Shown in pieces: positions 1 to 11,640 of a stretch of DNA of 64,000 bases. This stretch comes from Leucoraja erinacea (lineage: Eukaryota). Both the position numbers and the translations under genes were made by a program. The stretch's first letter is position 1; each line of letters begins with the position of its first letter. The stretch is taken from contig NC_073386.1 in assembly GCF_028641065.1 (NCBI RefSeq), forward strand, positions 56,358,001 through 56,422,000, given 5' to 3'. The notes under the pieces were generated by a model. It ran no database searches and was not told where the DNA came from. It saw only the letters and a list, made by a program, of their open reading frames with translations.

Positions 1-292
1 CATAATGTGTTGAAGTGGTTTAAGGAAATATCTCACACTGACACAGTACATGTCCTCAATTTTCTGGTCTGCCTACTTGATTGAATCTACTTTTGAGAAA
101 TGTTGCCCCGTTGTTCAAGTGAATCAGTAAATTAACCACGGTGCTAAACAATCAGAGCAGGTCTGATGGAGGTGAATATCACAACATCTCTACAAAAGCA
201 CAACAAAACCCAGAGCGCAATTACGCACGCATGGTAACTGACTTGCAACTTATGCTCGGTAGTAATTACTACAACAGCAGGAAGTCTGTTAT

Positions 293-589
293 TTAGTTCA
301 GAGATACAGCGGGGACACTGGCCCTTCGACCCACTGAGTCCTATCGACCAGCGATCCCCACACATTAACACTATCCTGCACACTGAGTACAATTTACATT
401 TATACCAAGCCAATTAACCTGCAAACCTGTACGTCTTTGGAGTGTGGATGGAAACCGAAGATCTTGGAGAAAACCCACGCGGTCATGGGGAGAACGTGCA
501 AACTCCGTACAGACAGCACCCGTATACAGGATCGAACCCGGTTCTCTGGCGCTCTAAGTGCTGTACGGCGGCAACTCTACTGCTGCGCC
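293..589 (-). mobile_element. V-SINE (HE1-like tRNA-derived SINE)
   Basis: Reverse strand shows B-box GGTTCGATCC, the V-domain GGAGTTTGCACGTTCTCCCC...GCGTGGGTTTTCTCC and a CR1-like tail. Confidence 0.8.
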
Positions 590-1046
590 TGTTATAGGAA
601 CTTACATTTTGTAATACATTCGTTAAAAAAAGGGTGCTTTAGAGATACAGCATTTAAACAGGCCTTTCAGCGCAACAAGCCCACACCTACCATTGATCAC
701 CCGTTCAAACTAGTTTTATGTTATCCCACATTCTCATCTGTTCCCTAAACACTAGGGGCGATTTTACAAAGGCCAATGAATCCAGCTGTTCCCAGATTCG
801 ACCACTCACTTCACACTGGTGCAATTTACACTGAACAATTACTTGCCTGGGATATGGGAGGAAAATGGAACAGCCAGAGCAAGCCTGCAGAAACAAGCCC
901 GTGGGCTCGCTGAGTCCACACTGACTATCAATCACCTGTTAACACTAGTTCCGTTATCCCACTTTTGCATCCACTCCCTACACAATGGGGGCAATTTACA
1001 AATGCCAATGAACCTACCAACCCACACATGTATGGGATGTGGGAGG

Positions 1047-1340
1047 AGGCAGCACAGTGGTGCAGCAGTGAAGTTGCTGCCTTACAGCACCAGATACCCG
1101 GGTTCGATCTTGACTACGGGTGCTGTCTGTACGGAGTTTGTACGCTCTCCAGGTGACCACTTGGGTTCTCTCTGGGCGCTCCAGTTTCCTCCCACATTCC
1201 AAAGCCCGTGCAGGTTTGTAGGTTAGTTGCCTTCTGGATATTGCCCCTTGTGTGTAGGATAGAACTAGTGTACGGGGTGAGCGATGGTTGGCACTGGCTC
1301 GGTGGGCTCGATCCATGTTGTATCTCGAAATTAAACTAAA
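1047..1340 (+). mobile_element. V-SINE (HE1-like), near full length
   Basis: A-box-like TGGTGCAGCAGTG, B-box GGTTCGATC (1101-1109), V-domain, TAAAC-type tail. Confidence 0.82.
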
Positions 1341-1699
1341 CCCATGTGGTCACATGGAGAACATCCGAACTCCACCCATGGTTAGGATTGAACCGGGGTC
1401 TCCGACACTGCAAGGCAGCAGATCACCCAACTGCACTGCTGACCCACCCTAATGAGCAGAGCAGAGCAGTGCAGGCACAGAGGCAATGCTGAGGCACTCT
1501 CCGCAGAAGATCTCTCCCGACCCATAACATCATCCATCCGTTTTCTCCAGAGATGATGCCTGACCCGTTGAGTTACTCCAGCACTTGATGTCTCTCTCTG
1601 GTATAAACCAGCATCTGCAGTTCTTTGTTTCTACTTGATTGAAAACGCCAGCCATTGCCACTCAGGTCCAAATAAAAGTGTTGATCCAGAAAGCTTCTG

Positions 1700-2291
1700 G
1701 CCTTTGTATCTCCTGACCAGAGCCCTCTCTCCCACCTGTGACTTTGTCTGTGGTGGAATCATTTGTTCTAGTCTGGAGAGTGAGCAGGCCTGTAACTAAA
1801 ACAACTGATCTACAAACAACCATTCTGGCCTTTCTGCCCGCCCCATCCCCCGCCCCCCCCCCCCCCCCCCCCCCCCTTCCCCCCCTTCCCCAACCCTATG
1901 CTCCACCTAGTCTTACACTCATTTCCCATTTTCCACCTAGATTCCTTCTTCTGGCTTCACATTTCACACACCTTTTCTTTGTCTTATCATCTATTGCCTT
2001 TGCCTATCAACCCCCCCCCCCCCCCCCACCTCCACCTCTCACTTGTATCAACCTATCAATTGGCACGGAGGAGCAGATGATGCATGAAAATCACCAGCCA
2101 GGTTTTGTCCTGCCCCTCCTCTCATCCAGCTTTCTAACCCCCCCCCCCCCTCACCACAATAAGTCTGAAGAAGGGTCCCAAACTGAAACGTCACCTATCC
2201 ATGTCCTCCAGAGATGCTGCCTGACCCGCTGAGTTACTCCAGCAAATTGCGTCTTTTTTTTGTAGACCAGCATCTGCAGTTCCTTGCCTCT
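1700..2291 (+). mobile_element. Penelope-like element terminal fragment (pyrimidine-rich region, hammerhead-like core, conserved tail)
   Basis: CTGAAGA...GAAACGTC at 2165-2192, followed by the window-wide tail CCAGAGATGCTGCCTGACCCGCTGAGTTACTCCAGCA...CAGCATCTGCAGTTCCT. PLE origin is inferred. Confidence 0.55.
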
Positions 2292-3419
2292 GCTAAAGCA
2301 CCTCATGCTTTGTTTGCATTGGATGACTTCACTTCTGCACGTTTGTGAGGATGCCAGGGTTCATGCTGCTACAAATTGTGAGTGATTACTGAGTGACAGT
2401 AATTGAGGACGACTTTAAATAAGAGGAACCCATTCCTTCTCCCTGCCGCCCTGGACTAATTTCCTCCGTATGGTCCGCACTTCCTGTAATCGCACACAGG
2501 TGCTTAGTTCAGTTTAGTTTATTGTCACGCGTACCGAGGGACAGTGAAAAGCTTTTATGGCATGCTATCCAGTCAGCGGAAAGACAATACATGATTACAA
2601 TTGAGCCACTTACAGCATATAGATACATGATAAGGGAATAACGTTACATGCAAGGTGATCTAATTTCACAGCGGAGGTGTCACTTGATGAAGAGGATACT
2701 TGTCGCTCCAGTACACTCTGTTACCTTTTCCTATCTGCAGGTTCATGATTCCTTTGACATTCAATTTTAATGGTTTCATTCAATTATGATCGCAATAAAT
2801 TATGCACAATGCAATCGAGTCTGTGGCCAATTACTCTTCATTTGGAGGCATGTCCGATAAACTCCCGTAATGTAATCCTCCAATTGACGCTAATCTTTCA
2901 ATTCACGGAACTGAGATGAAGAACTATTTTTTTGAACATTATTAAAACATTTTTGAAACGCCTCTACTTTTCATCAAGTCGAGTTTATTGCCAAACGCAC
3001 AAGTACGAAGTGCAGGTGCAATGAAAACCTTGTTTGCAGCATCAAAGGGCACATAGACGCTGACAAAGACACAAAAGCACAAATTATACATCAATTACAC
3101 ATCAATTCTGCAAGACTACAAAGGATAAGACGTGTTCAAAGGAAGACAGCTGGAATAGCTCAATCTGAACAAGGGTCCCGACCCGAAACGTCGCCTGTCC
3201 ATGTTCTCCAGAGATGCTGCCTGACCCGCTGAGTTACTCCAGCACAATGTTACTGACCGCTGAGTTACTCCAGCACATAAAATTATTTTATAAACCAGCA
3301 TTTCCAGTTAGTTGTATTAACAAGACATGTTCAAGGACATTTGCAAAAAAAAACCCTCAAGATATTATATAAAACCCAATGAGCAAACAAGTCAAATGCA
3401 AGAGGTTGTGTGTAAACAA

Positions 3420-3850
3420 ATAGTGCAAGTGGGTGTGTGTCATTGCTGAGGTAGGATTAGGGTTGTGCAGGTTGGTTCAAGAACCTAAGGTAGACAAAAG
3501 TGCTGGAGAAACTCAGCAGGTACAGCAGCATCTATGGAGCGAAGGAAATAGGCAACGTTTCGGGCCAAAACCCTTCTTCAGACTGGTTCAAGAACCTGAT
3601 GGTTGTCGGAAGGTAGCAGTTCCAGAACCTAAAACAGGTGAGGGACTTCAGGCTTCTGTACCTCCTGCCTGCGAGCAGGGACCGTTGACGATAGATGCCA
3701 CCTGCTTGGCACAGCGCCTAATGTAGATGCTTTCGATGGTGGGGAGAGCTGTGCCCATGATGGACCGGGCTGGGTCCATCACTCTCTGCAGCCTCTTGTG
3801 TTCCTGTGTGTTGGAATTGCCATACCAGGCCACAATACAACTAGTCAGGA
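3420..3850 (-). mobile_element. Rex1/Babar-like LINE 3' fragment, interrupted by a short insertion
   Basis: Peptide AWYGNSNTQEHKRLQRVMDPARSIMGTALPTIESIYIRRC is typical of the Rex1-type ORF C-terminus. Confidence 0.7.
3487..3583 (-). mobile_element. Young 97-bp hammerhead-bearing short element with 14-bp flanking duplication
   Basis: TGGTTCAAGAACCT at 3473-3486 and 3584-3597; core CTGAAGAAGGGTTTTGGCCCGAAACGTT at 3581-3554. Confidence 0.8.
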
Positions 3851-4701
3851 TTCCTTAAACCACATCCAATAATCAATGGAATCATTATTTCTACCCTCCC
3901 AATATCAGAACTTTTTTTCCTGGTCTTGGATGGAACCCTTCGTACAGATATGTACCTTTTCAGAAGGTAACTCACCCACATGTTTCTAGATTACATGACA
4001 ATTTACAGGTTTATGAAATACTGAATCAGGCTTTCCTATTTATGCTTAAAATAATCTTTTGTTAATTATATCTGGTAAATGATAATGAAGTAAATAAATT
4101 AAAAATAAGAAGGCATTTTTCATAGTAGTAAATAAAGTTCATGTATAGTTTTTATGAACCATCAGCCATGATTTACTTTCATAGATTAATGTTGTGGTTA
4201 AAATTTGATCAGAACATTAAGTGACTTTCATGTTAATTAAAGTGAAATTTGCATTCCAGCGCAAATAGGTTGTAAAGTATTGGACCCTTTCCTTATAATA
4301 TTTCTAATGCAGCTTGAAATGTTAATTGTACCATAACAGAAGTCATGTTGTTGTAATTAAGACATCATTAAATTTTCAGAACTAAATTAATAAGCCACGT
4401 GTCATTTCAAATAGGTGGCATTAAACCAATGAATAACTTTTATCTTTTAATATTCTAGTTGATCTTTACAGCAATGTAGTTCTTATATTTATACTTACAA
4501 TGCACAGAGGCCATTCAACCCATCAAGTCCGTGCCACTCCCATCCGTCCCTTTACCCCATTATTTATTTCAACGGTCTGAAGCACGGTTCCTTCTCTCCA
4601 GAAATGCTGCCTGACTGACTAAGTTACTCTAGCATTTTGTGTCTATCTTCAGTATAAACCAAAACCAACACCTCCAATTCCTTCCCACACATTTTGCAAT
4701 A

Positions 4702-5330
4702 TCTATATTACTAAAAGTCTGATCTTGACCGCTTTTGGCTCGCTGTGCTGCGATTTCTGAGAGAACGCCGCTACCTACGGCCGTCATTTTTGGCCACCTC
4801 GCTCAGAGCCCCCCTCCGCCTTCCGGAACCAGAAGATTTTTCCCATCGATAAAAAAATCTGAGATATATTAATGTTTTAAAATAATTTGCCATTCTCTCT
4901 GCTGCCCCTGCTTGAGGGAGGGGGAGCGACTATAAAACAAGGAAGTGGTGTGCCTAACTCAGTCTCTGCAAGATGGAGGAAGCCAGAGGGTCAAGTCTTT
5001 CTGAGCTCTGAATAACACTGAACACATGTCTACTCACCTGTGAGTGCTCTTAATGTGGTTTGAAAATGAAAATATGGTTGGTTTGTAGTAAACATGCACT
5101 GCAAATGGTTGTTTGGGTTGAAGTAAAAATGCACTGAAAAATTGTTGTTTGGGTTGAAGTAAAAATGCACTGCTAATGGTTGTTTGGATTGAAGTAAAAA
5201 TACACTGCAAATGGTTGTTTGGGTTGAAGTAATTGGTGGAAAGGTGGAATTGGTGGAGAGGTGGAATATTGCGTTGGGGGACCAGCCCTCCCGTGTGAAC
5301 ATGGGACCCAACGGGTCCCACTTAGTCTGG
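4702..5330 (+). mobile_element. Non-autonomous Helitron
   Basis: A|TC 5' end; subterminal hairpin TGGGACCC-AAC-GGGTCCCA (5302-5320); CTGG|T 3' end; no TSD; internal ~35-bp tandem repeats at ~5085-5231. Confidence 0.8.
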
Positions 5331-5496
5331 TTTATGATACATTTCATTCGGTTAAAATCGATTGTGCCAAAATATAATATTTCTATGATTTATCAGATTA
5401 TTTATGTGAGTGACGGAGTGTGGAAGATTTGGTGTTCGTGTCTCTATGCTGCAGTTTTGAGAGTACGCCCAAAATTGATATCAAAGCTACTATTAT

Positions 5497-5960
5497 TAAG
5501 GATATTGCCAGGACTCCAGTACCTGAGCGACAGGGAGAGGTTGAGCAGGCTATGACTTTATTCCTTGGAACGCAGGAGGCTGAGGTGTGATCTTATAGAG
5601 TGTACAAAAGTACAAGAGCAATAGTTCAGGTAAATACAAATACATATCTTTTGCTTATAGTTGGGAAACGAGAATCATAGAATGTAGGTTTAAGGAGAGG
5701 GGGGGAAGATTTAATGGGAACCTGAGGGGCAACTTTTTTACACAAAGGGTGGTGGGTGAATGGAATGAATTGCCAGAGGAGGCAGTTGAGGCTGGAACTA
5801 TCGCAACATTTAAGAAACATTTAAACAGGTACATGGATATGGTAGATTTAGAGGGATATGAGCTACCCGCAGGCAGGTGGGACTAGTATAAATGGGGCAT
5901 GTTGGTTGGCGTGGGCAAGTTGGGTCAAAGGGCCTGTTTCCACGCTGTATGACTCTATGA
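5497..5960 (+). mobile_element. Degenerate CR1-clade LINE 3' fragment
   Basis: Decayed CR1 ORF2 C-terminus and tail GGGCCTGTTTCCACGCTGTATGACTCTATGA. Confidence 0.75.
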
Positions 5961-6311
5961 TTCTATAAATGTTATGGGGAGAAGGCAGGGGAATGGGGTT
6001 GGGAGGGAAAGATAGATCAGCCGTGATTGAATAGTTGAGTAGACTCAATGAGCCAAATGGCCTAATTCTGCTCCCATGGCTTATTGCCTAATGGTCTTGT
6101 AGTCACAAAAGACACAAAGTGCTCGAGTAAATCAACGGGTCAGGTGACATTTCTGGAGAACATGGATAGATGACGTTTCGAGTCGGGTCCCTCGTCATAC
6201 TCTTATCATGTACAGAAAACCAATAGAGAGAAAAGCAATATTAGAATTAGAATATGCATAATATATATGAATATTAGAATATGTGAATATGAGAATATAC
6301 ATTAGAATATA

Positions 6312-6601
6312 CAGTGGCGTAGCAGGTAGAGCTGCTTTCTGACAGCTCCAGAGATCCAGATTCGATCCTGACGTCGGGTACTGTCGGTGTGGAATTTGCA
6401 CGTTCTCCCTGTGACCGCATGGGTTTCGTTCGGGTGCGCTGGTTTCCTCACACATCCCAAAGATATGCAGGTTTGTGCATGAATTGGTCTCTGTAAGATT
6501 GCAGAGAGTGAGTGAGAAAGTGTAATAACATAGATCTGGTGTAATCAGGTGATCAATGGACTCGGTGGGTCAAATGGCCTGTTATCACGCTATATCTGCT
6601 A
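6312..6601 (+). mobile_element. V-SINE (HE1-like)
   Basis: tRNA-like head, V-domain and CR1-like tail. Confidence 0.78.
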
Positions 6602-6699
6602 AGCATGTTTGTGAAAAGGATCATGAGTAAAATTTCCTTAGGGTGAATGCCATGTTACCCGAATGTTTGAGCGTGTTGCCCTGAGGAATGGATTTTGAA

Positions 6700-7377
6700 A
6701 GATAAGGTGACTGGATGGTGCCACCAGCACTGTGCCTCGCCAACAGTCTGTCTGTACCCTCTACTGTTTTTATTATTTTAAATATGTTTTAAAAGTATCT
6801 TTTAATGTTTCTTGGTTTGTTTTATGTGGAGGGTGGAGGGAAATTGGGGGAAACTATTTTTCAATCACTTACTTCGACGGAGATGCGTATTTTCTCCTCA
6901 TTGTATCTATGCCCCCCCTCCCCCCACCCCCCTGCGGCGTAACAACGTGGAGTGATGCGGCCTTTCCTGCCCGGCATTTCAAGCCGCGGGCACACGGACT
7001 CTAAAGCCCGTGAAAGACCGTGAAGCCCGTGATCTCCGGTAAGAAGAGGCCGATTCGGAAGCTCCATGCTCCAATCCATCCCGATGCCGGAGTTTCGATC
7101 TTCCCGGTGCGCGGGCTTCAGACATCGAGCCGTCGGCAGCGGCGACTACGGAGGGTTCAACAGCCCTAACCACGGGTGAACAAACGAGGAAGATGATTGA
7201 ACTTTATTACCTTCCATCACAGTGAGGAGTGTGGATTCCGCTGTGTTGGATTTTCATGTGAAATTTTATTTTATGTGGCTGTGTGTCTTGTTGCTTTTTA
7301 CTTAGTATGGCTGTATGGTAACTCAAATTTCACTGTACCTTAATTGGTACATGTGACGATAAATGTGAACTTGAACT
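6700..7377 (+). mobile_element. Unclassified non-autonomous retroelement with a CpG-rich core and Rex1-like tail
   Basis: Ends TTTCACTGTACCTTAATTGGTACATGTGACGATAAA...GAACTTGAACT, a tail type also seen near 2505-2550 (minus) and 29860-29905. Confidence 0.5.
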
Positions 7378-8314
7378 ATTTCTGTGGCTGGTCACACCAA
7401 TTCAGTCTTTGAACACGGTAATATAGACCAGTTACAAGCGTGTGGAAGGACTTTACCACATCTCTCAATGTCACAGTCATTGAATACGAGTAGTTGGCTG
7501 TGTAGGAATAACTTTTACTTGCACTTTTTCCAACCTACCTACTTTATGAAGTTGCTCCACCTGCCTTTATTACTTCCAGCAACACTTACTAATGTATCGA
7601 ACTGTTCCCCGCCTGCATCTCCCACAATGGGAGCATCACCTTCATGGTGAGGTTCCACCTGCTGGAGACACATGCAATTACACGTGAAAGCTGCAACCAT
7701 CACAGCCTTGTGAGAGGAAGCAAAGAGAGATGATAAATATATATCTCCGTGGGATTTTGCATCGCGCTGTAGAAACGCTTTCATCCTGGTAATGTTGAAA
7801 GATAGAGTGGACTAATTTTCCTAGCTGTGCTCCAAGAGGCAGGTTGCAAGGGGAGCGGTGGTAATTTGATGTGTGTTTGACATTGAAATCACATCTGGCA
7901 CCTAACTCAAGTCAGGCAAAGACCAATTAAATTTCCAGAGCAACATAAAACGACCCAAAAATGGTTGTTGGTGAATCTTATACTATGGATTAATTTATTT
8001 CTGAATATATAGCACTATCGTTGTTTATTTATTTTCTGTTTCTTGAAATATATAAAATAAATATATATATATATATAAATGTGTGTGTGTGTTAATTTTT
8101 TAAATAAAAAACAAATACAAATATGTACATATATATTCATATCATGTATGTATACATACGAATACATTAAAAAAAATACAAATATTTATATTTGTGTGTA
8201 TTTGTATGTATATACACACAATGGATCACTAATATTCTGATCTTTCTTTGTTTATTATGGGTTTTACAGAGGACTATGTTCTCATACCTGTTGTGCTGCT
8301 GCTAATAAGAATTT

Positions 8315-8604
8315 GCTTGTCAGGTCGGGGGGAATGCCCCCCTGCCACGGGTACCATGTAATCCCGCGCTACCTTCTCCTTGGTCGGATAGTCGGCGACT
8401 AAACCGTCTCTCCCACCTGGCTTGCCAGGTGAGGAGGAGGCTGTGGACCCCTAGCAGGACCAAAAACAAGACCTGTCAAAGGGTGGATGAGCTCCTAGTG
8501 AGCCAATGGCCGTCCACACTTCAGTAGATGTTGCGATCAATGTCGTACGTAGCATTTGTAAGGCACTGGGCCAATTGATGTTTTCAACAATGATGATGAT
8601 GATA
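8315..8604 (+). mobile_element. Structured ~290-bp retroposed element with (GAT)n tail, possibly RTE-related
   Basis: Flanked by TAAGAATTT (8306-8314 and 8606-8614); ends TGATGATGATGAT; interrupts an older LINE-tail repeat. Confidence 0.6.
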
Positions 8605-8618
8605 GTAAGAATTTCAAT

Positions 8619-8714
8619 TGTCTGAAGAAGGGTTTCGGCCCGAAACGTTGCCTATTTCCTTCGCTCCATAGATGCTGCTGCACCCGCTGAGTTTCTCCAG
8701 CTTTTTTGTGTACC
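8619..8714 (+). mobile_element. Young 96-bp hammerhead-bearing short element with 14-bp flanking duplication
   Basis: GTAAGAATTTCAAT at 8605-8618 and 8715-8728; core CTGAAGAAGGGTTTCGGCCCGAAACGTT at 8622-8649. Confidence 0.8.
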
Positions 8715-9622
8715 GTAAGAATTTCAATGTTCTGTTCTGGGACACATGACAATAAAACACTCTTGACTCTTGACTCCTGAAATGAACAGCCTTGAGTGAT
8801 CCATTTTCAAGCTATCTGTGAATGAAGGTACAGAGAGAGGGACTTGCCCATGCACTCTGATCCTCAGCATGTCTCGTTTGTCATTACATCGAGTCAGTCA
8901 CAAACTGGAAAAGGCATCAGAGCTACAAATGTGTGGTCTTTATTATTTTCCACTTCACTGTGCATCACACAAATACTCCCAACTTGTAAAGAAAGGGAAC
9001 ATACTGCGCTTGCCCGTGGAGAATACAACTAAATCAGCATCAAGATACTTCCTCAAAAGAACACTTCAACATCAATGATAAAGACTCTCAAAGGGGACTT
9101 CAATTTCAGTCAAAACAGTTCAAACAAAGTCCAAATAGTCAAATAATAACAAGGGGATCCCTGCAATACACTTGGTCCCTTCACCTAATATTACTGATAA
9201 CATATTATATTACTGATTATTATATATTTATCTGTGTGTTGTTGCATTAACATGCTTTTAAAGCTGGAGTAAGTAAGAATGTCATTGTTCTATCCCTGGT
9301 GGATCTGACAATTAAACACCCTTGACTATTGACACTTTCTTGTTGTTGAAGTTCGACACAAAGTGCTGGAGTTACTCAACGGGTCAGGCAGCATCTGTGG
9401 ACGACATGGATAGGTTTTGAGTCAGACTGGAGTAATTGTCGGAGTAACTGGATTGTATCGAGTTTTCAAAACCATTCTGGTGTCTGAACGAGCAATTCTT
9501 CCTCATTTTGCAATGCTTCTCATGTTTTATCTAAAGTTCCACAAAGCTTAACAATATTTTTTAAAACATAAGCACCAATCTCTACCTACCAAAGGGAGTT
9601 GATAATGTAACGTCTGCAAATT

Positions 9623-9932
9623 AGGGCAGCATGGAGATGCAGGGGTAGAGTCGCTGCCTCATAGCGCCAGAGACCAGGGATCGATTCTGACTATTGGTGC
9701 TGTCTGTATGGATTTTGTATGTTCTAATTGTGACCACGTAGGTTTTCTCCGGGTGTTACGGTTCCCTACCAAACTCCAAAGAGGCACAGGTTTGTAGGTT
9801 AATTGGCTTCGGTAAAGATTGCAAATTTACCTCGGTGTGTAGATTAGTGTGAGTGTGTGTGGATCGCCAGTTGGCGTAAGGCTCGGTGGGCTAAAGGGCC
9901 TGTTTCTGAGCTGTATCTCTAAACTAAACTAA
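9623..9932 (+). mobile_element. V-SINE (HE1-like)
   Basis: Head, V-domain and tail GGGCCTGTTTCTGAGCTGTATCTCTAAACTAAACTAA. Confidence 0.78.
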
Positions 9933-10418
9933 ATTCAATTCAGTTCTTCACCTCACATAAAAAGCCAACACTGTCCCTTGCATCAATATTACATAAAACC
10001 TCCAGAATGCCACCTAGTATAACACATGCAGTGCTCATCTCTCTGTCCTTTGTTTAAGTGGCTTTACATTGATCCAGAGATGAACTATTATCTCATTTCA
10101 TTGCGCCTGCCAGTGAGGAGAACCATTCAAATGAGATATTGAACGGTACGGGAATCCTCCCACCTTCATTGTGCTTTTTGATCAATGATTTTCCAAATGG
10201 AGAGGCACCCCAGGCTTCCAACTGTGAAGGTCAGACAGTGAGATCAATCTAAAGGTGCAGTGTGCTTTCCAGCCTTTCCTCTCCTGATACGTGGCAGCAG
10301 GCTCCTGCTTTGTGAGCTTGGTGGAAGCTTTCATTCTCCCGGTATAATTCACTGTAGTTGCTGAATGACTAAAACTTACAACATCCATCCTTGGAACAGT
10401 AGTGCCACTGTCTCTCAG

Positions 10419-10698
10419 CTTTAGACTTTAGAGATCCAGCGCATGAACAGGCCCTACAGCCCACCGAGTCCGGCCGACCAGCGACCGCCCTGTCCACTAT
10501 CCTGTGCACTAGGGACGATTTACAATTTTACCAAAGCCAGTTTACCTACAAATCTGTATGTCTTTGGAGTGTGGGACGAAACTGGAGCACCCGGGGAAAA
10601 CCCACGCGGTCACAGGGAGAACGTGCAAACTCCATACAGACAGCACCCGTAGTCAGGATTGAACCTGGGTCTCTACCGCTGCGCCACTGTGCTGCCCT
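10419..10698 (-). mobile_element. V-SINE (HE1-like)
   Basis: Reverse-strand V-domain and tail. Confidence 0.78.
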
Positions 10699-11442
10699 TG
10701 CAGTTCGGACCTCCGATGCTGTCTGTGTGGAGTTTGCAAATCAAAAACAAAAACAAGCCCGAAGTCCCTAGTGGCTTAATGATGATAGTTTGGACTTTAG
10801 TTGGAGTTCATCGCATTCAATAACCTGATGGCTGTTGGGAAGAAGCTGTTCCTGAATCTGGACATTACAGATTTCAGGCTCCTGTACCTTGTTCCTGATG
10901 GCAGGAGTGAAAATTAATATGAATACAACTTCACAGTTTATATCCAGCCTGGTTGGGTTAGGAACTGCATAGGAAACAACTACAGATCTGGTTTAAACCA
11001 AAGATAGACACAAAGTACGAGAGTAACACAGCGGATCAGGCAGCATCTCTAGAGAAAAGGAATAGGTGACATTTCAGGTCTGAACCTTTCTTCACACTGA
11101 AGTCTTCTGAAGAGTTCTGACCCGAAACGTCACCTATTTCTCTTGGGTCAGGGACTATAAGATTAACAAAGGTTTGCTGTACTGTGGTACAAAATAACCT
11201 CAGTTTAAGTAGGTACTGCACGATATTAATTGTCTGGTCTTTCTTCGACATGAAGCACCTTCCACCCACCACAAACCCGTGACAACGCGCCTGAGCCACT
11301 GCCCAATGATAAAATGACTTGCATGATTTGACTATCCTCCATGCTCCCACTGAGGAATGTAACCAGGAATGGGGGCTGAGAATGACTGCGACAGCGTAAA
11401 TCTGAAAATAAATTGTCTTCTCAATTTGGCATCTCTTCCAAA

Positions 11443-11640
11443 TGTGACCGCGTGGGTTTTCTCCGGGTGCTGCAGTTTCCTCCCACACTCCAAAGACGTA
11501 CGTGTTTGCAGGCTAATTGGTCTTCGGTAAAATTGTAAATTGCCTCTAGTGTGTAGGATAGTGTTAGTATGCAGGAATAGCTGGATGGCACAGACTCTTT
11601 GGGCCGAAGGGTCTGTTTCCGCGCTGTGTCTCTAAAATAA
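11443..11640 (+). mobile_element. V-SINE, 5'-truncated
   Basis: Second half of the V-domain plus tail. Confidence 0.75.

Noticed and set aside
1047-1120. tRNA-like A/B boxes
   Set aside because: These are SINE heads that continue into the V-domain; no complete cloverleaf, so not tRNA genes.
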